From Balanoglossus misakiensis (taxonomy: Eukaryota > Animalia > Hemichordata): 64,000 bases of DNA. Shown piece by piece: positions 52,611 through 64,000 of this stretch. How positions within the stretch are numbered: the first letter of the stretch is position 1; every line of letters starts with the position of its first letter. The position numbers were made by a program, and so were the translations under genes. The notes under the pieces are model-generated. The model was not told where the DNA came from and did not search any database. It was given only the letters and a program-made list of their open reading frames with translations. The stretch covers positions 10,059,097 through 10,123,096 of the forward strand of contig CM082598.2 of assembly GCA_040954595.2 (NCBI GenBank). Direction: 5' to 3'.

Positions 52611-55600
52611 TTGTCAATCAATCAGGACTGCTCTTGTAACAACAACTCACTCAATGCTTCACTGGTGCTGGATGATTTTGTTGGCACTTGCATAGCAACA
52701 GATAAGGCTTTATTCAGAAACTCTTCTAGTTGGCTGGAATTGGCGCCTGTCAGCTGGTGATACACTGCATATGGTGCAAAGTCAAACAAAATTCACCCAA
52801 TCATAAAATGTATCATTAACATGATCATACCATAAAAATTGTGAATGAATTACAATTATAGCGTGCGCATATTGAATCATACGAAATCACACCAAATAAC
52901 GCGAGACTTAGAAATAACATTACATGTGTATGGTGCCACTTAAACGACACCATTTATTCTTTTTGAGCCTAAATCATGTTTAACCACAACTAGACAACCA
53001 CAATGACCTTGTGAGAATGAAACCCACCAATAAATACATGTAGATAATCTGAAGCTATCACAGAAACAGAATGTCTTTGACAAAGTATTGCAAAGCCTTC
53101 AGTTGACCGCGAAAAAGTTGACGAAGCATGCATGTGGAAAGTGGAGTGTTGACAACAATGTGAATATATGCACGATAGCTTGCTGCGCTCGCACTCAGGT
53201 CAAACCTGTTACATATTACCAAAAATGTGGATCTATATAATTAACATTGGGTCCGTTCCTTCTTATCCCACTCGTGTTTCTGTTTGTTTGGTGAGAATAT
53301 CTAATAGGTTAGCCCCTTTCACTCCCAGTTCCTTCTTTAGAGGTCCAACCTTACCATAGAAAACGATGGGTTTGGACTGGAACATGGCGGTGAAAGGGTT
53401 CAGGTGCTTGAGGGAGTGTTAAAAATGCAGACTTTACCTTTCTATAACATGTCTCTATCTACAGCCATCCGTCCCTCAGTGACGGCTTCAATGATTTCAC
53501 TCACTTCATCCAAGTTGCCACCACTGGCTTTGATGGGACTTTTCTCACTGCTCAGGGATTTCGCTGGAAGGAAGGACGTAAGACTGGAATTAAGGCATAC
53601 GTCCCTACATAAAGGGAGGACATGATACCACAAATGGTTAATGGAGTTTCTGGGAAGGTTTTCAAATTCCAGGAATTTCCAGGAGTGTACGAATCCAGTT
53701 AAGAATTCTTTATGTCATGTGATCTGGCCATGTGACCTCCAGCATTGTCATTTCCAGGTGACGGCAAACAACATAGTGGCATCCAGTAAAAGTTTTCCAC
53801 GTATGTAAGTACTTAAGAACCGCCAGACATGTAACATGTATCAGGTATAGTACCTCATCAGCCTCATGGCATTTTGTCTGCACAGTCTTTGTCTGCACCA
53901 CGTTGCTGAAGTTGCCTGTCATCTGGAAAATTGAATGCCAACATATTTGCGCTTGAGCGCGTCTGGCGTCTTTTGATATCAAAGAATAAATGCATTGTAC
54001 AAACTTGAAACTATGTAGAATTTTTCTATTTATCCTGTGTGATATAGTGAAAACGCTCAAGTTACAGTTTGTGTATGGTTTTGAGAATTATTTCACTGCT
54101 TAAGGTAAGTGAAATAAACAGCTCACCTTGTTGTCTGTTGACTTTTTCATACTGGTTGAGAAGTTTTGTAAACACACTGTTTTCAGACTTTGATGAACTC
54201 AAAATTGCAGACATTAGCTGGACAAATCTCATCATATCTTCCTTCTTTTCAAGATGTTTCTAAATGATATAAAGGAGTGAGAGTGAGAATTGTGCATGAT
54301 TATGTCAGTTTTGAACTTTCATGTCTGTTTTGGACTGAGAGCTGTTGAATGAGAGAGAGAGAGGGAGAGAGATATCGCGCTCGAACAATCAGGGGGTCAC
54401 GCAGACGTAATCTTTTCATTGGCGTGATACTGATATCACCACGTAACTTGCAATTCCCAAGAGTGCGACTGTACGTACGTAAACTGTATCAAATTCAACT
54501 CATTCACGTCATATGAGAGGAGGTATACCGTGCGAATGCAAGCGCTGGGGGAACCGGGTACCGCCTACTTGAAATGGACCTCTTCCCTTAGTGAAGTCAA
54601 ATAATCATAATTATCTATCATGTAAGAAGTCAAAAATGTAAGAGATGTTTTAATAAATATGTCAACTTATTATTTATATTCCCCTGTATATATTCCCCTG
54701 TAAATGTCTCATAATTTGAGGAATAATATTTTGGAAGCTGAACGGAAGTTGCAACTCAAATCAAATTTCAACTTCTCCAATATATGGAATAACACTATAA
54801 GCCTACTGACTTGAGAAACTCAAATTGAATTTCAAATTCTCGAACAAACGAAAATATGTTTGAATGTAAGTAATCTTACTATAAAATTGACATGCAATTA
54901 CCTGTCGTTGGTGAAGCAAACTGAACAATGGACATGACAAATGATGTTTTCTGTGTAGATTATAAATAAACTGACTCTCATCACTTGATGTTAGGATTTC
55001 TTGCATTGCCAGAATGATGTGATCACCAGAATTCTCTGATGAATCAAACAATTTCAGCCTGGAGATTTCCCTGGACAGTGTCTGTGTGAGAAATGATGGC
55101 AAAATATTAATATCATTTATTAGGAAACCTGGCCAGTCACTGAGAAATCTGTCGGCCTTTACAAAGTATAGTTCATAATCTTCTCATAAAATGATAAAGT
55201 TGCCGCAAAGGTATACAGTCACCTATAATTTACATACGCCCATATATGGCTGAAATGGCGTATTTGAGCGTTCTAAAGGACATATGGCGGCGCTCTTTTT
55301 TTCGCGTGTGCCACCCACTGAAAATCTGTGATTGGCTAGATCTCAAGTTTACCATGGTAACTGTAGTTAAATTACCATAGGTGACAATATACCTTAACAT
55401 ATCATATTTCTTCTGGGAAGTGTAATTGTTTTAAGATCAAATATTACATGTACATACCAATTGTATGCCTCTCAGATATTGTCTTTCCGTTGATGCACTC
55501 ACTTTGTGCTCACCAATACTGAATAGCTGTAAATATAATCAAAGGAGAAGAAATCACTCACTCATTAGCAATGATACTGCAAAAGTGGAAGTGACTGATT

Positions 55601-58074
55601 TTGAGTATGAAGTTGGAAAAGAGTCCCAGTACAGTGTAGAGAGGTTTCCAGATTAGGTAGATTTTGCTGTCCAACCATTTTCACACAACGGCCATAAAAC
55701 TTAAAGAAGAACTATTAAATTACCCAGCCTGATAAGTTTTGTGGTGTTTGGAAAGTCGTCCATGTCTGATGACACAAGATCAGCTTTTGATTGTAACATG
55801 AGACATGATCAGTTGTGTTTTGGTTCAAAAGAACATGACCTGGTTTAAGAAGCCTTGCAACTTCAGGTGACTACAGAAGGAGCTATACTGTGCCCATTGG
55901 CCTTGATTTGACTGAGAAACCATGATTTACTGAAAAGCCACTTGGAAAAGGGTCCACTTTATTTCTAAACCAAACTTACCTTCAGGAAGATCATCTTGGC
56001 TGACTCTTGACTATCTACAGTGACTTTTCTTGCATCCATCTTGGCTGCAACATCTTTCTTTTCATCCACCTGCATTGCCTCACTTTTCTCCTCTTTCTTT
56101 TCCTCATCTGCAAATAAAAATTGTGTTATGTCCAGGAAATATTATTTACTTTCTGAGAAGAAACTGGAATATCTAGCTTTGCAAATCAGTTAGTGAAATA
56201 AGAGAACGCAAACAATTAATTGTCATGAAATAGTCACCTCTGTTAATATCGCGAAAAATTTCCCATCACAAAAATTACCAAGATTACAGTAACCTAAAAA
56301 TATAAAATCCTAATAATGTCCAAAGTTGAAGAATTCTATATGTATGACTTAACTTTTGAGACACTATTTCACAACACAAATACTAGTACCTTTGTTCTCT
56401 TTATCCAGGAATGAATTTTTTTCCACCTTCTGCTCCTCTCATCTGTTGAACTTCCACTAACTGAGCCATGTATCCTTTGTCAACCACAGCCTGTTCCATA
56501 CTGTACAGATCTTGTCTGCAGGCCATGTCGAGATGCTGCAGTAGTTTGCTGTGAAAAGAAACAGAAGTGTTACATGTGTATGTGTGTTACAGGGCCAGAT
56601 CACGGCACATCATGACAAAATCTTTGTGAATATGGTGCTAGCATCATGTTTATAGCAGATCATGTGTATTCATACTTGTGGGCCAAATGACCTTAATATG
56701 TGGTTTGTTGTATGACTTAATTATAACACACACACCCAGTTTTTTTAATAGTCCTGCTTGAAAGATCACAGAGTGTCTTTGGCTACTGAAAAGCACCACC
56801 ACAATGAGAGATAACTCACAACACCGAAGAGTAAATCTCTAAAGTTGTAATTTAAACCAAGTATGGAAATTGGGATGTACGGTAGCTTTGATGAGGAATA
56901 ATTCTAGAGTTACAACATACCTCATGCTGTTGACTGGTATACCAAAGGACTGCACAAACAAGACCAACTGAGCTGGTTCCAAGTCTTCCAGGGCTGAAAA
57001 AAATGACAAATTCAGGATGAAAACAACAAAAGTTTGGTGAGAAAAGATCCCAAGTTGAATTGACACACAGATTGGCAGATATTTCCACGAAATATCACAT
57101 GTAAATGGTGCAACAACAGATTAACCGATCAGGCCATGACAAATACTGCACCTCTTCACAAAAACTGCTGGGTTGCAATTTATAGCATAAAATTACTGTA
57201 AAACAGGAAATTTTTGTGATATCACAAGAGAGCTGACTATTCCATTGCTCACATTGTTTCTTTGCGACCATTTATTTTCACGTTTTTTGGCTCTCACGAA
57301 ATTCGCAAAAATTTCCCCTTTTACAATAGTATGGTTGGATCTATACAATGTATACATTGAATGGGGATGAACACTGGACAGTGGAGCATTCTATATTAAA
57401 ATTTGGGAAAACATTGAAGCCATATTAAGGTCATACTTGATTAAGCTGAAAGTCGGCACAGAATAAATTTGAAATTCAATTGGCTACAAAAATTGACTTT
57501 TCTGCCATTCTGAGATCTCCATGCTGAGCTCAATTATGTTGCTGCTTCATATAGTGGTCAGCAATAAAAACTTACTACTGTTACAGTGGTTATACATGTA
57601 ACTCTTATTAAATGTTTTTTTTTTCTTGTTTTATCATGAAATCTGACAATATCACGAAATCTGACTGTGGGTGGCACGACAGAATAAAACTGGTTTTCGT
57701 CTCAACTTTTGTACATGTAGTGACACAATGAAAGAATGACAGAGAAACTGCTAACAGACAGATTATTATATATTTTTTTACCTTTTCATGTCACTTTTAT
57801 AAAACACTGCATGGCAACAAATGTGAACCATGAACAATTTGCAAGACAATGAACTAGAAGTTGAACGAGATTTGAAGACCTGCTCTGGAAGTAATTGATT
57901 GACACTCACCCATGAGTAAGATTCCGCATGGGGCTGTGTGGCTTTCTTCAAGTAATTGTAGAATATATGTAACATGGATGTCAGTGTACATAGCGTTGGT
58001 CTGGTCGGCACTGGTGTCTCTACACAGCATGGAGCTGAGTATGGTGGGCCTTTCTACAATCAACTGAGCTAAAT
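52611..58074 (-). pseudogene. INTS1: INTS1 internal-fragment pseudogene copy with an extra private TGA (52622-52624)
   Basis: AGA>TGA in the ...QEQSRLIDK exon; 8-bp deletion at ~53623. Confidence 0.88.
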
Positions 58075-58622
58075 GTGACAATGTGTAATTAAAGAGAAAT
58101 ATACAGTCAGTGGAGTAAAGGGTATAACACAATCATACTGATGGAATTCTCACTACCTGAAATAGGTTTTTGCTACCTAGGTGAGTGATGAATAAAGGTC
58201 TAATGTCCTCTCTGATATAACATACTAGTGTATGGTAAATGTCTTTCAGAGATCTACACATTAAAGGGACAAACTCTCTACAGTTAATTCATTTTGGGGA
58301 GATTTTTACTCTCATATCCTACAAACGGGATGGAAGTTGTGTGTGGTCGAACATTGATTCACTATATATCCACATGTAGAATAACATAAATGGTGTCTTG
58401 TATCAAACATAATGTATGGAAAAAGGGCAGCGAGAGAGAGACTTTGTCCCTTTAAATATCATAGCTGGCATACAGTTATAAATATGCATTTTTTGATTTA
58501 TGTCTTGCAAGTACAAAACTGTTCTTTATTAAAAAGAAATACAGACAAGGTGATCCCAGGAACATAAAACCCAAAACTCAAAGCTACCAGACAGATGAGT
58601 CTTGAGATAAACTTGGACTTAC

Positions 58623-61600
58623 TTGTCAATCAATCTGGACTGCTCTTGTAACAACAACTCACTCAATGCTTCACTGGTGCTGGATGATTTTGTTGGCACT
58701 TGCATAGCAACAGATAAGGCTTTATTCAGAAACTCTTCTAGTTGGCTGGAATTGGCGCCTGTCAGCTGGTGATACACTGCATATGGTGCAAAGTCAAACA
58801 AAATTCACCCAATCATAAAATGTATCATTAACATGATCATACCATAAAAAATGTGAATGAATTACAATTATAGCGTGCGCATATTGAATCATACGAAATC
58901 ACACCAAATAACGCGAGACTTAGAAATAACATTACATGTGTATGGTGCCACTTAAACGACACCATTTATTCTTTTTGAGCCTAAATCATGTTTAACCACA
59001 ACTAGACAACCACAATGACCTTGTGAGAATGAAACCCACCAATAAATACATGTAGATAATCTGAAGCTATCACAGAAACAGAATGTCTTTGACAAAGTAT
59101 TGCAAAGCCTTCAGTTGACCGTGAAAAAGTTGACGAAGCATGCATGTGGAAAGTGGAGTGTTGATAACAATGTGAATATATGCACGATAGCTTGCTGCGC
59201 TCGCACTCAGGTCAAACCTGTTACATATTACCAAAAATGTGGATCTATATAATTAACATTGGGTCCGTTCCTTCTTATCCCACTCGTGTTTCTGTTTGTT
59301 TGGTGAGAATATCTAATAGGTTAGCCCCTTTCACTCCCAGTTCCTTCTTTAGAGGTCCAACCTTACCATAGAAAACGATGGGTTTGGACTGGAACATGGC
59401 GGTGAAAGGGTTCAGGTGCTTGAGGGAGTGTTAAAAATGCAGACTTTACCTTTCTATAACATGTCTCTATCTACAGCCATCCGTCCCTCAGTGACGGCTT
59501 CAATGATTTCACTCACTTCATCCAAGTTGCCACCACTGGCTTTGATGGGACTTTTCTCACTGCTCAGGGATTTCGCTGGAAGGAAGGACGTAAGACTGGA
59601 ATTAAGGCATACGTCCCTACATAAAGGGAGGACATTTGGACATGATACCACAAATGGTTAATGGAGTTTCTGGGAAGGTTTTCAAATTCCAGGAATTTCC
59701 AGGAGTGTACGAATCCAGTTAAGAATTCTTTATGTCATGTGATCTGGCCATGTGACCTGCAGCATTGTCATTTCCAGGTGACGGCAAACAACATAGTGGC
59801 ATCCAGTAAAAGTTTTCCACGTATGTAAGTACTTAAGAACCGCCAGACATGTAACATGTATCAGGTATAGTACCTCATCAGCCTCATGGCATTTTGTCTG
59901 CACAGTCTTTGTCTGCACCACGTTGCTGAAGTTGCCTGTCATCTGGAAAATTGAATGCCAATGTATTTGCGCTTGAGCTCGTCTGGCGTCTTTTGATATC
60001 AAAGAATAAATGCATTGTACAAACTTGAAACTATGTAGAATTTTTCTATTTATCCTGTGTGATATAGTGAAAATGCTCAAGTTACAGTTTGTGTATGGTT
60101 TTGAGAATTATTTCACTGCTTGAGGTAAGTGAAATAAACAGCTCACCTTGTTGTCTGTTGACTTTTTCATACTGGTTGAGAAGTTTTGTAAACACACTGT
60201 TTTCAGACTTTGATGAACTCAAAATTGCAGACACTAGCTGGACAAATCTCATCATATCTTCCTTCTTTTCAAGATGTTTCTAAATGATATAAAGGAGTGA
60301 GAGTGAGAATTGTGCATGATTATGTCAGTTTTGAACTTTCATGTCTGTTTTGGACTGAGAGCTGTTGAATGAGAGAGAGAGAGGGAGAGAGAGATCGCGC
60401 TCGAACAATCAGGGGGTCACGCAGACGTAATCTTTTCATTGGCGTGATACTGATATCACCACGTAACTTGCAATTCCCAAGAGTGCGACTGTACGTACGT
60501 AAACTGTATCAAATTCAACTCATTCACGTCATATGAGAGGAGGTATACCGTGCGAATGCGAGCGCTGGGGGAACCGGGTACCGCCTACTTGAAATGGACC
60601 TCTTCCCTTAGTGAAGTCAAATAATCATAATTATCTATCATGTAAGAAGTCAAAAATGTAAGAGAATGTTTTAATAAATATGTCAACTTATTATTTATAT
60701 TCCCCTGTATATATTCCCCTGTAAATGTCTCATAATTTGAGGAATAATATTTTGGAAGCTGAACGGAAGTTGCAACTCAAATCAAATTTCAACTTCTCCA
60801 ATATATGGAATAACACTATAAGCCTACTGACTTGAGAAACTCAAATTGAATTTCAAATTCTCGAACAAACGAAAATATGTTTGAATGTAAGTAATCTTAC
60901 TATAAAATTGACATGCAATTACCTGTCGTTGGTGAAGCAAACTGAACAATGGACATGACAAATGATGTTTTCTGTGTAGATTATAAATAAACTGACTCTC
61001 ATCACTTGATGTTAGGATTTCTTGCATTGCCAGAATGATGTGATCACCAGAATTCTCTGATGAATCAAACAATTTCAGCCTGGAGATTTCCCTGGACAGT
61101 GTCTGTGTGAGAAATGATGGCAAAATATTAATATCATTTATTAGGAAACCTGGCCAGTCACTGAGAAATCTGTCGGCCTTTACAAAGTATAGTTCATAAT
61201 CTTCTCATAAAATGATAAAGTTGCCGCAAAGGTATACAGTCACCTATAATTTACATACGCCCATATATGGCTGAAATGGCGTATTTGAGCGTTCTAAAGG
61301 ACATATGGCGGCGCTCTTTTTTTCGCGTGTGCCACCCACTGAAAATCTGTGATTGGCTAGATCTCAAGTTTACCATGGTAACTGTAGTTAAATTACCATA
61401 GGTGACAATATACCTTAACATATCATATTTCTTCTGGGAAGTGTAATTGTTTTAAGATCAAATATTACATGTACATACCAATTGTATGCCTCTCAGATAT
61501 TGTCTTTCCGTTGATGCACTCACTTTGTGCTCACCAATACTGAATAGCTGTAAATATAATCAAAGGAGAAGAAATCACTCACTCATTAGCAATGATACTG

Positions 61601-64000
61601 CAAAAGTGGAAGTGACTGATTTTGAGTCTGAAGTTGGAAAAGAGTCCCAGTACAGTGTAGAGAGGTTTCCAGATTAGGTAGATTTTGCTGTCCAACCATT
61701 TTCACACAACGGCCATAAAACTTAAAGAAGAACTATTAAATTACCCAGCCTGATAAGTTTTGTGGTGTTTGGAAAGTCGTCCATGTCTGATGACACAAGA
61801 TCAGCTTTTGATTGTAACATGAGACATGATCAGTTGTGTTTTGGTTCAAAAGAACATGACCTGGTTTAAGAAGCCTTGCAACTTCAGGTGACTACAGAAG
61901 GAGCTATACTGTGCCCATTGGCCTTGATTTGACTGAGAAACCATGATTTACTGAAAAGCCACTTGGAAAAGGGTCCACTTTATTTCTAAACCAAACTTAC
62001 CTTCAGGAAGATCATCTTGGCTGACTCTTGACTATCTACAGTGACTTTTCTTGCATCCATCTTGGCTGCAACATCTTTCTTTTCATCCATCTGCATTGCC
62101 TCACTTTTCTCCTCTTTCTTTTCCTCATCTGCAAATAAAAATTGTGTTATGTCCAGGAAATATTATTTACTTTCTGAGAAGAAACTGGAATATCTAGCTT
62201 TGCAAATCAGTTAGTGAAATAAGAGAACGCAAACAATTAATTGTCATGAAATAGTCACCCCTGTTAATATCGCGAAAAATTTCCCATCACAAAAATTACC
62301 AAGATTACAGTAACCTAAAAATATAAAATCCTAATAATGTCCAAAGTTGAAGAATTCTATATGTATGACTTAACTTTTGAGACACTATTTCACAACACAA
62401 ATACTAGTACCTTTGTTCTCTTTATCCAGGAATGAATTTTTTTCCACCTTCTGCTCCTCTCATCTGTTGAACTTCCACTAACTGAGCCATGTATCCTTTG
62501 TCAACCACAGCCTGTTCCATACTGTACAGATCTTGTCTGCAGGCCATGTCGAGATGCTGCAGTAGTTTGCTGTGAAAAGAAACAGAAGTGTTACATGTGT
62601 ATGTGTGTTACAGGGCCAGATCACGGCACATCATGACAAAATCTTTGTGAATATGGTGCTAGCATCATGTTTATAGCAGATCATGTGTATTCATACTTGT
62701 GGGCCAAATGACCTTAATATGTGGTTTGTTGTATGACTTAATTATAACACACACACCCAGTTTTTTTAATAGTCCTGCTTGAAAGATCACAGAGTGTCTT
62801 TGGCTACTGAAAAGCACCACCACAATGAGAGATAACTCACAACACCGAAGAGTAAATCTCTAAAGTTGTAATTTAAACCAAGTATGGAAATTGGGATGTA
62901 CGGTAGCTTTGATGAGGAATAATTCTAGAGTTACAACATACCTCATGCTGTTGACTGGTATACCAAAGGACTGCACAAACAAGACCAACTGAGCTGGTTC
63001 CAAGTCTTCCAGGGCTGAAAAAAATGACAAATTCAGGATGAAAACAACAAAAGTTTGGTGAGAAAAGATCCCAAGTTGAATTGACACACAGATTGGCAGA
63101 TATTTCCACGAAATATCACATGTAAATGGTGCAACAACAGATTAACCGATCAGGCCATGACAAATACTGCACCTCTTCACAAAAACTGCTGGGTTGCAAT
63201 TTATAGCATAAAATTACTGTAAAACAGGAAATTTTTGTGATATCACAAGAGAGCTGACTATTCCATTGCTCACATTGTTTCTTTGCGACCATTTATTTTC
63301 ACGTTTTTTGGCTCTCACGAAATTCGCAAAAATTTCCCCTTTTACAATAGTATGGTTGGATCTATACAATGTATACATTGAATGGGGATGAACACTGGAC
63401 AGTGGAGCATTCTATATTAAAATTTGGGAAAACATTGAAGCCATATTAAGGTCATACTTGATTAAGCTGAAAGTCGGCACAGAATAAATTTGAAATTCAA
63501 TTGGCTACAAAAATTGACTTTTCTGCCATTCTGAGATCTCCATGCTGAGCTCAATTATGTTGCTGCTTCATATAGTGGTCAGCAATAAAAACTTACTACT
63601 GTTACAGTGGTTATACATGTAACTCTTATTAAATGTTTTTTTTTTCTTGTTTTATCATGAAATCTGACAATATCACGAAATCTGACTGTGGGTGGCACGA
63701 CAGAATAAAACTGGTTTTCGTCTCAACTTTTGTACATGTAGTGACACAATGAAAGAATGACAGAGAAACTGCTAACAGACAGATTATTATATATTATTTT
63801 ACCTTTTCATGTCACTTTTATAAAACACTGCATGGCAACAAATGTGAACCATGAACAATTTGCAAGACAATGAACTAGAAGTTGAACGAGATTTGAAGAC
63901 CTGCTCTGGAAGTAATTGATTGACACTCACCCATGAGTAAGATTCCGCATGGGGCTGTGTGGCTTTCTTCAAGTAATTGTAGAATATATGTAACATGGAT
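58623..64000 (-). pseudogene. INTS1: INTS1 internal-fragment pseudogene copy, cut by the window end
   Basis: All exons present up to the middle of the ESYSW exon. Confidence 0.88.

Larger units (their letters stand above)
1..64000. repeat. Tandem macrosatellite array of ~6.02-kb units (~10.5 copies) derived from an internal INTS1 gene segment; runs off both window ends
   Basis: The same landmark recurs at 348, 6264, 15730, 22125, 28145, 34165, ~40186, 48055, 54069 and 60089. The period is 6014-6021 bp where no large indel intervenes. All larger deviations are explained by insertions or deletions identified below. Confidence 0.99.

Noticed and set aside
1-64000. A functional multi-exon INTS1 gene or a prokaryotic system (CRISPR, operon)
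   Set aside because: No first or last exon, and all copies share stops and frameshifts. There is no repeat-spacer structure and the architecture is spliceosomal.
1-64000. Pure assembly artefact
   Set aside because: Units carry private TE insertions with TSDs, private deletions and SNPs, which argues for real copies. The exact copy number still needs read-level confirmation.

Overview
Eukaryotic (animal-type, AT-rich, GT-AG intron) DNA. The whole window is a head-to-tail macrosatellite of about 6.02-kb units (about 10.5 copies, near-identical by eye). Each unit is an internal exon-intron block of an Integrator complex subunit 1 (INTS1) homolog on the minus strand. No start or terminal exon is visible, and all copies share the same inactivating lesions: an in-frame TAG, two frameshifts, a destroyed acceptor and a phase gap. 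One copy (45088-46048) keeps 961 bp with two extra INTS1 exons and the original duplication junction, which every other copy lost by an almost acceptor-to-acceptor deletion. Insertions in the array are a 3150-bp hAT transposon with a 748-aa transposase ORF and a non-canonical 5-bp TSD (hAT5-type), a 733-bp TTAA-flanked Kolobok-type MITE in two adjacent units, and several older MITEs fixed in every unit. Unit-specific variants show a higher-order duplication (offset 25,924 bp) and mosaic units. Most short ORFs in the track are exon-plus-intron read-throughs or antisense noise. INTS1 and TE family assignments come from recalled motifs and TSD/terminus rules, not from a database search.
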